Shown: positions 10,367-20,937 of the stretch, one piece after another
Layout of the letters: each line of letters opens with the position of its first letter
Position numbering within the stretch: position 1 is the stretch's first letter
NCBI GenBank assembly: GCA_963668625.2
Contig: CAXXKA010000001.1
Coordinates: 128,001 to 192,000, forward strand
Direction of reading: 5' to 3'
DNA from: an uncultured candidate division Zixibacteria bacterium
Lineage (GTDB): Bacteria > Zixibacteria > MSB-5A5 > UBA10806 > 4484-95
Length of the DNA stretch: 64,000 nt
Made by a program: the position numbers and the translations under genes
Notes under the pieces: generated by a model
Database searches by the model: none
Told to the model about the DNA's origin: nothing
Seen by the model: only the letters and a program-made list of their open reading frames with translations

Positions 10367-11188
10367 TTACATCCGCTCCACAGTTTTCTCGATTAATCTC
10401 GATAAGTTCGGGCCTGCTTTTTCGGCGGCCGCAACGATTTTTTGATGTGAACAAGATTCCATTGCATCGGGTAAACCCATATCGGTGACTACCGAGAACC
10501 CGATTACTTTGGTACCCTGGTGACGGGCTACGATTACCTCCGGCACTGAGGACATGCCAACGAGATCGCCGCCGATTATGCGTAGAAAACGATACTCGGC
10601 TGCGGTTTCCAGGTTGGGGCCGGATACGCCGACATACACGCCGCGATGAATATAAATGCCCTCATCTATAGCGGTCTGGATAGCCAGTTGACGTAAATCG
10701 TGGTCATAACAGTTGTACATATCGGGGAAACGGGGCCCGAGATCGTCGTCATTGGGGCCCAGGAGCGGGTTGGCGCCCTGGAAATTGATATGATCGGTGA
10801 TCAGGCAGATATCGCCTTTTTCCATCTGCGGGTTCATGCCGCCGGCGGCGTTAGAGACGACCAGTGTCTCGATGCCGAGTTGTTTCATGACCCTGACAGG
10901 GAAAGTGACCTGCTTCAATGTATAACCCTCGTAGTAATGGAACCGTCCCTCCATTGCCACGACATCCTTGCCGCCGACCTTGCCGAACAACAATCTACCG
11001 GCATGGCTTTCCACTGTTGAAACCGGGAAATGCGGGATCTGGTCATATGGAATTTCAATTTCTCTTTTAACGGCTTGTGCCAAACCGCCTAAACCGGTGC
11101 CTAAAATGATACCGATTTTCGGGGATTTATCAGTTTTGGTACGAATAAATTTTACGGCTTCATCGATTTTCTGTCTCAGGTTTTCCAT
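10367..11188 (-). CDS. punA: Purine-nucleoside phosphorylase (trimeric type)
   Basis: IILGTGLG, GRFHYYEG, SNAAGG, GPNLET and VGMS motifs. Confidence 0.93.
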   Translation of the reverse strand: MENLRQKIDEAVKFIRTKTDKSPKIGIILGTGLGGLAQAVKREIEIPYDQIPHFPVSTVESHAGRLLFGKVGGKDVVAMEGRFHYYEGYTLKQVTFPVRVMKQLGIETLVVSNAAGGMNPQMEKGDICLITDHINFQGANPLLGPNDDDLGPRFPDMYNCYDHDLRQLAIQTAIDEGIYIHRGVYVGVSGPNLETAAEYRFLRIIGGDLVGMSSVPEVIVARHQGTKVIGFSVVTDMGLPDAMESCSHQKIVAAAEKAGPNLSRLIEKTVERM

Positions 11189-11191
11189 TTA

Positions 11192-11812
11192 TTATTCCTC
11201 CGGATGGTTAGAATCTGAGTTCTCGGTTGATGTATTGGAAACAGTCACGGTCTCTTCCGTGTTTGGATCGACTTCTCGTTTGAATTGCTCGACGACCCGG
11301 TCAACCTCGGCATCGGCGATCTCCGGGCGCTTTTTCAATCTTAAAACGCGGGGTCTCTCCTCGGCTTCTTTTTCCATTAATTCCAGCAGCTTCAACTGCG
11401 ATTCGATAAGCGATCTGAAATTAACCAAAAACGCAGCCCGCTGGCTTTTCAAAGATATAAATTCCCGCCTCAATTTCGAGGATTTTTCGTAAGCATCATC
11501 GATAATTTTTTCCGCCTGCGAGTTTGCCTCCCTGACAATCAATTCGGCTTTTTCCTCGGCGGAGGCCCGCATTTGCTCGGCCGAATCCTGAGTTGCCACC
11601 AGCGTGTTCTGAAGAGCCGTTTCTATCCTGGTGTAATTTACCAGTTTATCCTGTGCTCGTTGAAGTTTCTCCTTATATTCGAGATTATCCCGAACGAGTT
11701 CCTCCATCTCCTCCGATACCAACTCGAGAAATGATATTACCTCGTCTTTATCGAAGCCTCGAAATTTGGACTGGAACTCTTGCTTTTTAATATCCAGGGG
11801 CGTTATTCTCAT
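11192..11812 (-). CDS. divIVA: DivIVA domain protein
   Basis: MRITPLDIKKQEF...RGFDKDEV N-terminus then coiled coil; ATG at 11812 follows GGAGG. Confidence 0.88.
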   Translation of the reverse strand: MRITPLDIKKQEFQSKFRGFDKDEVISFLELVSEEMEELVRDNLEYKEKLQRAQDKLVNYTRIETALQNTLVATQDSAEQMRASAEEKAELIVREANSQAEKIIDDAYEKSSKLRREFISLKSQRAAFLVNFRSLIESQLKLLELMEKEAEERPRVLRLKKRPEIADAEVDRVVEQFKREVDPNTEETVTVSNTSTENSDSNHPEE

Positions 11813-11831
11813 TTTGCAGCCTCCCGTCAGG

Positions 11832-12521
11832 CTAGTTATAGTTTCTTCTACCAAATATCGCAGTGCCGATCCTGAGCTCTGTGCTGCCGTATATTAATGC
11901 CTGCTCGAAATCGGAACTCATCCCCATTGACAATATCGATATACGCGAACCGAACCGATCCTGCAACCTTGAATACAACTCCTGTGTCATCTTGAAAGAT
12001 TCGTCGATCATATCAAGGTTATCTGTTAGCGGCCCGACCGTCATCAACCCGCGTAGCTCGATATTATCCAGCTTATCTATTTTTTCGGCTGCTGACAAGA
12101 TTTCCTCAGCCTCGAAACCGAATTTGCTTTTTTCGCCGGAGGAATTCAGCTCCAGCAGAATTTTCATTTCGATATCTTGTTTAACGCATTCTTTTGAAAT
12201 TGTTTCAGCTAATTTTACGCTGTCAATCGTCTCTATAATATCGAATAGCTTTACCGCTTTTTTCACCTTGTTGCTCTGGAGATGACCTATCATATGCCAG
12301 ATAGGCCCTTCATCTACTTGCGGTATTTTTCTCTCGGCTTCCTGTATCTTGTTCTCTCCCAAGTGCAAAAGCCCCGCCTCGAAAGCCTCCTGAGCCAATT
12401 CCGCAGGATGCATCTTGCTGACACCGACGAGTACTACCTCATCGGGATTTCGTCCGAATTTCAAGCAAGCTTGCTTTTTTCTGTTTTCAACTGATTTTAA
12501 ATTAATCTCAATATCACCCAT
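11832..12521 (-). CDS. yggS: PLP homeostasis protein, YggS family
   Basis: VSK, GENKIQE, WHMIGHLQSNK, LSMGMS and RIGTAIFG motifs. Confidence 0.95.
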   Translation of the reverse strand: MGDIEINLKSVENRKKQACLKFGRNPDEVVLVGVSKMHPAELAQEAFEAGLLHLGENKIQEAERKIPQVDEGPIWHMIGHLQSNKVKKAVKLFDIIETIDSVKLAETISKECVKQDIEMKILLELNSSGEKSKFGFEAEEILSAAEKIDKLDNIELRGLMTVGPLTDNLDMIDESFKMTQELYSRLQDRFGSRISILSMGMSSDFEQALIYGSTELRIGTAIFGRRNYN

Positions 12522-12715
12522 AACAATCCCGAGTTAAGTCTTTCATTATATTCCTTAGGCTGATCAAAAGCAATTGTTTTTTTGATACCGCAATCTCGAT
12601 ACCGACTGATAACATATTATATAACATGCGGTTATGAGTTTATAGGTCAGTGCCTTATACTATTTGACATATTTTTCAAATTATGATATCCAAATCCGCT
12701 TATCGTAGTCGATTT

Positions 12716-12733
12716 ATAGCTCAATTGAGCTAT
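12716..12733. promoter_or_regulatory. Perfect 18-bp palindrome in a divergent promoter region, candidate operator
   Basis: ATAGCTCAATTGAGCTAT between yggS and the divergent coiled-coil gene. Confidence 0.4.
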
Positions 12734-12858
12734 TGTCACTTGTCTAATTTATTCATCTAATTGGAGGTTTTTTATACAGTTTAGAACGCTAATACCGATA
12801 CATTAATTGAGGTAGTTTCAAATGCTAAAACCTTTGTTGCTTGGTAAGGAGCGGTTTA

Positions 12859-15480
12859 ATGTTTAAATTTCACAAAGTGAGAGGGCCGGAACAGGTCGGT
12901 GATGCTATCAGCACACTGGAAGAAACGGCCAATAGACTGGAATCTATGGTAGAGATTGCTCAGAAAGAGAAATCTCGACTTCATCTTCTGGTAGGGAATG
13001 TCACGGATCGTGTCGATCAGATAAAACAATCAGCATCAGGCTTTGATGGAATTGTTAAAAAAATCGAAACATTTCAGGACCGGTTTCAAAATATCGAAAA
13101 CGAAATCCAGGTGATTCAACGTCAGGCGGACGGCTTAAAAGAGCTAAAAAGCGAGACCGCCAATCTGTTCAATCAATTCAAGCAGTTGAAGCAGGATTTC
13201 GATGGCACCGCCGCCAAGCTGAGAGGCTACAGTGATACTGCAAATAAACTCGCCCCGTTAAACGAAAAGGTTAACGAGGTAAAAAACAAGCTCCTGCCCG
13301 AGATAGAAAGTATCAACATAAAGCAGGATGAGCTTGCCAAAAAATACAACGAATATTTCGATCGGCTGGATAAAGCCGACTTGAAACTTCAGGGATTGAT
13401 GAAACTCAGCGATGAGTTCAAGCAAACCTCCGAGAATGTCGTTCGTGAATCCGCCAGAATAAGCACCTGGATGGAGGCAACCGAATCGATGTCATCGAAG
13501 TTGGAGCAGGCGACCGAGGTTTTTGAAACTACCAAGCAAAAAATCGATAGTCTGCACGAACTGGCCGAGTATGTCGAAAACAAGACCAAATCCTTGAAAA
13601 AGCAAAAAGAGCTGCTCAAAAAAGCCCATATCGAATCGGGACGGGCCAATGGACTGTTCTGGGAGATCAAGTCAAAACTCAACGAACTGGAACAGGACGC
13701 CGAGAAGATTCGCCAGATGGAAATGCAGACAAACGAGTTTGCCGGTACTTTAACGAAAATCGAAAGCCGCTTCGAACAGATAAATAGTTTTTCCAAGAAA
13801 CTTGACCTCATTTTAAACGAATATACTCGTCTCGAGGAATATGCCCGCCAGCTTCACGACCACCGCAAACAGTTTAGTGTGGTGGATGATTTATTGAAGC
13901 AAATTACCAGGCATATCGATATGGCAAAGGACGAACGCAATAAGCTCAGCCAGGCCGAACAGCAGATGAATCTCTTTATCAAACGTTCCGAGGAATCGCA
14001 AGACGAATCCCGCGCATTGATCCGTCAGATGACGGAGCTGATGCAAAACGCGGAGAAATTCCTGCAGCGCGCCCCCGATGTCAACAAGGCGCTGGGGCAG
14101 ATCGAATCGATCAGGAAGCGCGCCCTGGTTCTCGAGAATAAGATCATGGAGGCTATGGCATCCGGTACCGAAATCGAGAAACAGTCGGAGAAAGCCAACC
14201 AGATAAAACACCAGGTAGATCAGTTCAATCAGGATGTCGATCAGAAGATTGCCAACCAGAAAAAGGAACTGGGAGATCTCACCTCCTCGATAACCGGCTT
14301 AAAGAGCAATCTCGAGATGGTGCAGACCAACTGGAATAAAGTCCCGCAGTTGATGGAAAAGCTCTCCGAGGTTGAGAAACTTCAGAGGGAACTCGATAAA
14401 ACCTACAAATCCGTGATGCAACGTGAACAAACCGTCACCGGGCTTAAAAACCTGATGGAACAGAATAACGTCGCTTTCAAGGAATTCGAAAAAACCAGTA
14501 GCGAGATTCATAAAAAAGCTACGGATATTTTGAATGTTAAATCCGAACTGGAAAATATCGAATATAAAGTGCAATCGCTTTCTTCTGCCGCCAAACAGCT
14601 TACCATGATGGGCGAGCGTATCGAGAAAACCGAAACCGAGATGGAGAACTTGAACGAGAATTTCTCCGCGCTCAATTCCCAGGCTAAAAACTGGCAATCG
14701 CAATCGGCTAACATGAAAACCGAGTGCTCCAATATCTCGAAAACGCATGAGGATTTGCGCACGAATATCGGTGATGTCATGGATCTGTTCACCCGCCTGT
14801 CGGAACATCGCGCCCAGGCCGAAAGCGAAGCCAAACGCTTGAACAGCTATTTCCAACAGGCCGAGCGGAAAGTCAAGGAACTGGCAGAGATGAGCGGTAA
14901 ATCCTCGGATAACGCCGCTAAACAGGTCGAGATGATGAATGAGATCAGCGATTCGATTAAAACATTGAATACCGGCCAGGATGAGTTAATAGCGCGTTTC
15001 AACAGTATCGAATCGGAATCGGCCAAACTTACCAGCCTGGCCAACGCGATCAAGGAAAAGCAAATGGAGATGGCCTCCCTCGAGGAGAAAGTCAGCATGC
15101 TTGATGGCAAATTGAACGAGGCGGTAAAAGTACAGAAACGGGTGGAGGAGTTCGATAAGGCTTTCGATAATTTCCGTAAGGACATGAAATCGATATCAGC
15201 GACGCTCGGTAAAATGGAGAACACCAACAAAGAGTTCGACAATTATAAAAACATGATTGCCTCGTTCGAAAAGAAGATTACCTCGATGAGCGAACAGGCC
15301 AAGAAAGTCGATAAACTCAAATCAGATCTCAACCGGGCCTCGATTATGGCCGAGGAGTTGAACGCTCGCCAGAAAACTTTAAAAGACGACAAAGAACTCA
15401 TTGATATGGCTATTAACGCCGCCTCAAAACTTGAGGAACTTGTGTACCGGGCTGAACATATAACAAAGGAGAAGAAATAA
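12859..15480 (+). CDS. Long all-coiled-coil hypothetical protein (~873 aa)
   Basis: Heptad-rich E/K/Q/L composition with no Walker motif, TM segment or signal peptide; ATG at 12859 follows AAGGAG. Confidence 0.85.
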   Translation: MFKFHKVRGPEQVGDAISTLEETANRLESMVEIAQKEKSRLHLLVGNVTDRVDQIKQSASGFDGIVKKIETFQDRFQNIENEIQVIQRQADGLKELKSETANLFNQFKQLKQDFDGTAAKLRGYSDTANKLAPLNEKVNEVKNKLLPEIESINIKQDELAKKYNEYFDRLDKADLKLQGLMKLSDEFKQTSENVVRESARISTWMEATESMSSKLEQATEVFETTKQKIDSLHELAEYVENKTKSLKKQKELLKKAHIESGRANGLFWEIKSKLNELEQDAEKIRQMEMQTNEFAGTLTKIESRFEQINSFSKKLDLILNEYTRLEEYARQLHDHRKQFSVVDDLLKQITRHIDMAKDERNKLSQAEQQMNLFIKRSEESQDESRALIRQMTELMQNAEKFLQRAPDVNKALGQIESIRKRALVLENKIMEAMASGTEIEKQSEKANQIKHQVDQFNQDVDQKIANQKKELGDLTSSITGLKSNLEMVQTNWNKVPQLMEKLSEVEKLQRELDKTYKSVMQREQTVTGLKNLMEQNNVAFKEFEKTSSEIHKKATDILNVKSELENIEYKVQSLSSAAKQLTMMGERIEKTETEMENLNENFSALNSQAKNWQSQSANMKTECSNISKTHEDLRTNIGDVMDLFTRLSEHRAQAESEAKRLNSYFQQAERKVKELAEMSGKSSDNAAKQVEMMNEISDSIKTLNTGQDELIARFNSIESESAKLTSLANAIKEKQMEMASLEEKVSMLDGKLNEAVKVQKRVEEFDKAFDNFRKDMKSISATLGKMENTNKEFDNYKNMIASFEKKITSMSEQAKKVDKLKSDLNRASIMAEELNARQKTLKDDKELIDMAINAASKLEELVYRAEHITKEKK

Positions 15481-15542
15481 AGGAACCGAAATATTCGGAT
15501 AAAAGTTGACATTCACGATATAAGTCAATAGTTTCAGCCAGG

Positions 15543-16472
15543 ATGGATTTGTTGAAAAAATCAATAGTAGCATTGCTAATAGCAATTTTATTCTCACCGG
15601 CACTTGCAGATAAGTACGCCGGTGAGTTTTTGTATTTAGGAGTCGGCGGTAGGCCGCTGGCGATGGGCGGCGCCTATACCGCAGCCGATGGCGATGTATT
15701 CTCCTCGTATTATAACCCCGCTGGCCTGGTCGATTTAGACGGTTACCAGGCGGCTTTCATGCACTCCGAGACATTCGGATCATTACTCAATCATGATTAT
15801 TTCACGGTTGCCCGAAAACAATCGGGGGGAGTTGCTTCCGTTTCGCTGTATTATCTTGGCGGTGGTGGTATTCTAGTTACCGAGGAATATCTCGGCAGGT
15901 TCAGGGTGCTCGAGGAGGAATCGCACGCCGATTACGTTTTATCGTTTGCCTACGGTAGAAATCAATCCGAGCGTCTCGATTGGGGGTTGGCGGCCAAAGT
16001 AATTCGCCGTGATATCGCCTCCTACTCGGCCTGGGGGCTTGGCCTGGATGCCGGTATACGTTACCGGGTTTTCGAGGGATTCACCTCAGCGCTGGCTGTT
16101 CAGGATTTGACCGGTACGCTGCTTTCATATTCCAACGATAACAAGGAGACTGTCAGCCCGACAGCCAAAACCGGTATCGGGTATGTTCGCGAATCCGGAG
16201 ATTTCAGGGGCACCTTGCTTGCGGATATCGACTGGCGATTCGAGGGCAGGGAGGATGCCGCTAATTTCAATATAGGCTCGATCTCGGGTGACTATCATAT
16301 TGGTTTCGAGGTACTATATAAACAAGTGGTAGCAGCCCGTGTTGGTTCGGATATCGGTAATTTAACTACCGGTATCGGCGTTACATTCGGCAGATTCACG
16401 GTCGATTTAGCATTGTTCGACCACGATGAGTTGGATACCTCTTATCGCGGTTCGCTCATCATCGATTGGTGA
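15543..16472 (+). CDS. PorV/PorQ-family outer-membrane beta-barrel
   Basis: Signal peptide then FLYLGVGGRPLAMGGAY...YYNPAGL; terminal Trp. Confidence 0.82.
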   Translation: MDLLKKSIVALLIAILFSPALADKYAGEFLYLGVGGRPLAMGGAYTAADGDVFSSYYNPAGLVDLDGYQAAFMHSETFGSLLNHDYFTVARKQSGGVASVSLYYLGGGGILVTEEYLGRFRVLEEESHADYVLSFAYGRNQSERLDWGLAAKVIRRDIASYSAWGLGLDAGIRYRVFEGFTSALAVQDLTGTLLSYSNDNKETVSPTAKTGIGYVRESGDFRGTLLADIDWRFEGREDAANFNIGSISGDYHIGFEVLYKQVVAARVGSDIGNLTTGIGVTFGRFTVDLALFDHDELDTSYRGSLIIDW

Positions 16473-16479
16473 TAATAGC

Positions 16480-18186
16480 TTATTCGCAATTTGGCCAACC
16501 GGTCGGAGGCAATGCCGGTCTATCCTCCGGTAAGATCCAGGCCGGTTCATAATCCGGGCAATAGTCAAGCCCATTTAATCCCCTGAAATAATTCACTAAA
16601 GCCGTTACATCCCCGCCTAGAATCCGGCAGTCACCATTGATATCGGCCGAACACCAGAATCCCTGCAATAAGCAAGATGTGCTGGTGGGCAAACCTCTGA
16701 AATAATTTACGAGATAGATAACATCACTACCGAATACGGAGGGAGGCCATGCCCCTACCGCCATATTAACATCACCGGGAAAATATTCAAATCTAAATCC
16801 GCAACCTGTGCCATAGGCGCCGATATCGCCACCTCCGGAACCTGTGCCGATACAGCATGAGCTTGCAGCAAGATAAAAGTTGCCGGTATCAGGCCAACAC
16901 AGTTGGGGATCACAGGAGATATTACCATCCTGGCCGGTTAAATCCGGGAAATCGCAATAGTTGTCGCTTTCGTTATCGTATACATCACAATACGAAATAT
17001 CGTAGTTCGGATCACTTTCATAGTTGTATTTGATACCACAGCCATCGTTTCCGGCAATTATGGTATTGGTAACGATAAAGTACCCGTTGTCATCAAAATG
17101 AAGGACATTAATTCCGGTGCTATGATTGCCGTAAATCGTAGATTGTGATATATTAAGTCTGCCTCCGCTAGCTGGATAGTATTCAATCGGGCTGTGATTA
17201 TCATAGTATAAGCAGTCATTCATTCTCAATATTGGCCACCAATTAGTTGCGTAAATACCCCCCGCATTTCCATATATTCGGCAGTTATTTATCTCCAGCG
17301 TTCCCTCAGTACCGATATAAGCAACCCGGTCTGTACAATTTCTGATGATACTATTGTTGATTTCTGCACGGCAGGGGCCTGAGATCGAGAATACCAATCC
17401 TACAATGTTTTCTATCAGGCAATTGGAAATATAATATTCAATACCTATGCTAAATCCGCCGCCACCTGCTATATATGAGTTAGAGATAGTGAATCCACCT
17501 GTTAACGCGCAATTATTATTAGTGAAATCACAACTGTCGATTTTGCAATGCAAAGGCCAATCGACACGGGAATATACACCGGTTCCATTACTATCAAATG
17601 TGCATCCATTCGCGAGGAAGTTATAGATAGATTCCGCCAGACTAATACCGGTTGAGTTGTTTCGAAACAAGCAATTTCTTATTGTTGTAGGGCAACCAGA
17701 TTCAATGTCCACCCTAACGCCTTCTGCGTTATTGATAAATTCACAATCTCTAATTATAGGACCGGCCGCTATATATGCCCGTATACCCTGCGAAGTATTC
17801 GAGATAAGTTTGAGATTAACGAGTTTCGGGGAAGCATAGAATAGCCATATTCCTTCCTCGGCATTGGTTATGGTGAATCCTTCAATGATAGTTGTAGAAT
17901 CTTCATCCGTATCATCTAGATTAAAACCTTTTACACTTCCTGCTTGGCCATCTATTATGGCTAGACTATCACCCTTAACAAGAATAGCCTTTCCGTTCGT
18001 CGCCAGGTTTACATTTCCAACCCCGGTGTAGGTACCGGATGCAACCAATACGGTATCGCCATCACTGGAGGCATCAATACCGGCTTGTATTGTTGCATAT
18101 TCATTCGGCACATTGATTATAGTCGCTGGAACAGGTAAACATGAAATAACTGTAATAGCTACCGTAAAAATGAGTATTGATCTCAT
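16480..18186 (-). CDS. Secreted right-handed beta-helix protein with C-terminal dockerin-like domain
   Basis: INVPNEYATIQAGIDA...GDTVLV, NosD-like repeats, duplicated GDVN...DVIYLVNYFRG / ADINGD...DVTALVNYFRG. Confidence 0.82.
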   Translation of the reverse strand: MRSILIFTVAITVISCLPVPATIINVPNEYATIQAGIDASSDGDTVLVASGTYTGVGNVNLATNGKAILVKGDSLAIIDGQAGSVKGFNLDDTDEDSTTIIEGFTITNAEEGIWLFYASPKLVNLKLISNTSQGIRAYIAAGPIIRDCEFINNAEGVRVDIESGCPTTIRNCLFRNNSTGISLAESIYNFLANGCTFDSNGTGVYSRVDWPLHCKIDSCDFTNNNCALTGGFTISNSYIAGGGGFSIGIEYYISNCLIENIVGLVFSISGPCRAEINNSIIRNCTDRVAYIGTEGTLEINNCRIYGNAGGIYATNWWPILRMNDCLYYDNHSPIEYYPASGGRLNISQSTIYGNHSTGINVLHFDDNGYFIVTNTIIAGNDGCGIKYNYESDPNYDISYCDVYDNESDNYCDFPDLTGQDGNISCDPQLCWPDTGNFYLAASSCCIGTGSGGGDIGAYGTGCGFRFEYFPGDVNMAVGAWPPSVFGSDVIYLVNYFRGLPTSTSCLLQGFWCSADINGDCRILGGDVTALVNYFRGLNGLDYCPDYEPAWILPEDRPALPPTGWPNCE

Positions 18187-18398
18187 AATTAACCCCTTGT
18201 TTATGTGTTATATTTTCCTTTGGTGTTAAATATAATGTACTTGCCGGAAATATACCATCGATAGCTTCAGAGTCAACTAAAAAGTATGAAAGTCGTTTTT
18301 TTTTCTTGTTGACAATTATCTGGCTGTATCTTGGATATAATTGATTATTGCCAACGGGCGATATTTTTGGCAACTCGCTAAGTATTCATGATCAATTA

Positions 18399-19835
18399 TT
18401 ACTTATCCTCGGCTCCGGTCACGCTGTTAAACAGGTTTACGAAACTTAATCCGAATCCCCAATAGGTAGTTGGTTTCGAATCTAGGGGGAGAACCCAGCC
18501 GGCGTTTATCTGCAATTTGTTATCGAATAGCGAAAATACCGGGCCAACGGCCAGATCAAGATCATCGGAGTTGAATTCCGGGAATGTTGCATTAATTCCA
18601 ATCCCGGGTCTGATTAAATTGAGAAAGCCGTTTCGAGACCTCAATCTCCAACCGAATGTGGTTCCGGAGGCGAATTCGAATTTAGTCGCGACTGTGCCAT
18701 CGGGTGATTTATCCCTATCCATCAGTATGAACGAATCGGAGAACCTGGCTCGCCAGCCGAAATCTTCCACCTCAAGCAATATAATCATCTTGCGATTGGA
18801 AACATCATCACCGATACCATTCTGAATAGTAATCTCGACTTTCTCGCCAGGTTGTACGCCGGTAGGGGAAAGGAATATATCCGTTTCGCGTAAACCACCT
18901 CGGAGATCCTGTTCGATGTTATATTCGAATCGGCTTATTTTTTTCTGTGTTTCGGTTAATGATATCGAATCGCTGTTGGAATATATGCCTTCCTTGTACA
19001 AATCATCAGGTAAAATATCCGATAAGAATTCCAGGTTGGTTTGTATGTATTTATAATATTTTATTGCTTTGCTCGGATCCTGCATGTTCTGTTTTAGCTC
19101 TTGCAACCATTTGTTCTCTATGCAATTAGCGTAATCGACAATCAAATCAGGATCAACATATTTATCGATAAGCGAAAGATTCCTGCATAACACCTTAAGT
19201 ACATGTTGATACGTTGGCGAGGTAATCTTTTCCAACAGGACAGTTATTTTGGATTGATTGTTCACTATATCAATTATATCCATACTGGAAATCTGGCTCA
19301 CATCTTTATAAAAATAACTCAGGTAAGTTTCCTGCAATTGCTGGAAAATAGCTTTAATCTCCCAGTAATTACTTATTTTTGCGGTTGATGTCTTTTTAAC
19401 TTTACCAAATTCCGTATAACCCGGTACCTCGATCTCTCTTGATTCATCTTTGCTGATTATTTTGGCGGTAATCAGTATATCCGCCTCGAAATTAGCTTTG
19501 CTGGAGCTTCTGATGCTATTCTCAATCCAATCCCGGTCGAATTTTATCAGAATACGACTATTTTTATCGACTACCGGATTGGATTTAATTATCGGCGTTC
19601 TTACATTATTGATTATTTTATGATATAGTATATCCTGTTTGGGAGCGATGTAATCGCCATCATTGGCATATTCCGACATCATCATAAAATATTTAGGGTG
19701 ATAGATATCGTATTCCGAATAGGCCGGTTCGACTGCGATTGAAAGTATAACTATGATTAGAAATAGCTGGAGTAGATTAGTGAAATCTGTCGTTGAGGGA
19801 AGAGTGAATTTGATTGATGTTTTTGAGATTAACAT
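18399..19835 (-). CDS. Hypothetical exported protein with C-terminal amphipathic beta-strand region
   Basis: 478-aa AT-rich ORF with a hydrophobic N-terminal segment and alternating G/aromatic strands at the C-terminus. Confidence 0.65.
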   Translation of the reverse strand: MLISKTSIKFTLPSTTDFTNLLQLFLIIVILSIAVEPAYSEYDIYHPKYFMMMSEYANDGDYIAPKQDILYHKIINNVRTPIIKSNPVVDKNSRILIKFDRDWIENSIRSSSKANFEADILITAKIISKDESREIEVPGYTEFGKVKKTSTAKISNYWEIKAIFQQLQETYLSYFYKDVSQISSMDIIDIVNNQSKITVLLEKITSPTYQHVLKVLCRNLSLIDKYVDPDLIVDYANCIENKWLQELKQNMQDPSKAIKYYKYIQTNLEFLSDILPDDLYKEGIYSNSDSISLTETQKKISRFEYNIEQDLRGGLRETDIFLSPTGVQPGEKVEITIQNGIGDDVSNRKMIILLEVEDFGWRARFSDSFILMDRDKSPDGTVATKFEFASGTTFGWRLRSRNGFLNLIRPGIGINATFPEFNSDDLDLAVGPVFSLFDNKLQINAGWVLPLDSKPTTYWGFGLSFVNLFNSVTGAEDK

Positions 19836-20020
19836 TGATTACTCCTTGGTTTTATAGTTAATATATTTTGATTTAGAACTCTTTATTATTGACCAAAAAC
19901 ATTATAGATATATCTAGCCGTATAATCAAGGGGAAATAGGATGTTAATAGAATAATTCTCTTTGCATTTTAATTTACGATTATTATTATCATCACAAGCT
20001 TAAAAAATAACGGAGGAGTA

Positions 20021-20908
20021 ATGCCTAAAGTCAAAGATAACATGCAGATCGGCCCCATGATCTGGAAGATGAGAATTGAGGTTCCAAAGCTCGTTAAAAA
20101 AGCTCAGGCCGGTCAGTTCGTTATAATACGAGTCAACGAGGAAGGCGAACGCGTGCCGATGTCTATTGCCGGACTCGATAAAGAAAACGATCTTCTGACC
20201 GTGATTTACCAGGTGGTCGGTAAAACCTCGGCTACCATGACCGCTGTTCCAGCCGGTGGAGATATCCTTGATTGTGTCGGGCCGTTGGGTGTGCCATCCC
20301 ATGTTGATAACTGGGGAACCGCCTGCGTGGTTGGCGGCGGTATTGGTATCGCCCCGATTTACCCGATTGCTCAGGCTTACAAAGCTGCGGGCAACAAGGT
20401 GATCACGATAGTCGGCGCCAGGAGCAAAGATATTCTTTTCTACGAAGATGAACATAAAGCGATTGCCGATGAACTTCACGTCTGCACCGATGACGGCTCG
20501 GCCGGACATCATGGTTTTGTCTCGGATGTATTGAAAAAGCTTTTAGATGATCAAGTCGGTATCAAGATGATTATGGCTATCGGACCTGTCCCCATGATGA
20601 GGGTGGTGGCCAATCTCACCGAACCTTACGGCGTGCCAACCTGGGTTTCGCTTAACCCGCTTATGGTTGACGGCACCGGTATGTGCGGTGGATGCCGCGT
20701 ATCGCTCAAAGGCGAAACCAAGTTCGCCTGCGTTGACGGCCCCGATTTCGACGGTCACCTGGTCGACTTCGACCTTCTGACAAAACGCCTGGGTTCGTAT
20801 AAAGACCAGGAGAGAAAAGCTATGCATCGATTCTTAGCCGAACCCGGCTGCAAGCTGGCCAACTCCGTCAAGGAGTTCAGGTATCCGGATGAGACTAAGA
20901 AAGGCTAA
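20021..20908 (+). CDS. nfnA: NfnA/SudB-type small subunit of electron-bifurcating transhydrogenase
   Basis: GQFVIIR, GERVP, GGGIGIAP, DGTGMCGGCRV and CVDGPDF motifs. Confidence 0.85.
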   Translation: MPKVKDNMQIGPMIWKMRIEVPKLVKKAQAGQFVIIRVNEEGERVPMSIAGLDKENDLLTVIYQVVGKTSATMTAVPAGGDILDCVGPLGVPSHVDNWGTACVVGGGIGIAPIYPIAQAYKAAGNKVITIVGARSKDILFYEDEHKAIADELHVCTDDGSAGHHGFVSDVLKKLLDDQVGIKMIMAIGPVPMMRVVANLTEPYGVPTWVSLNPLMVDGTGMCGGCRVSLKGETKFACVDGPDFDGHLVDFDLLTKRLGSYKDQERKAMHRFLAEPGCKLANSVKEFRYPDETKKG

Positions 20909-20937
20909 GACAATAATCCATGTTTGGGAGATAAATC

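Noticed and set aside
12859-15480. SMC/SbcC or chemoreceptor annotation
   Set aside because: No Walker A/B, hinge, TM segment or MCP signalling hairpin motif.
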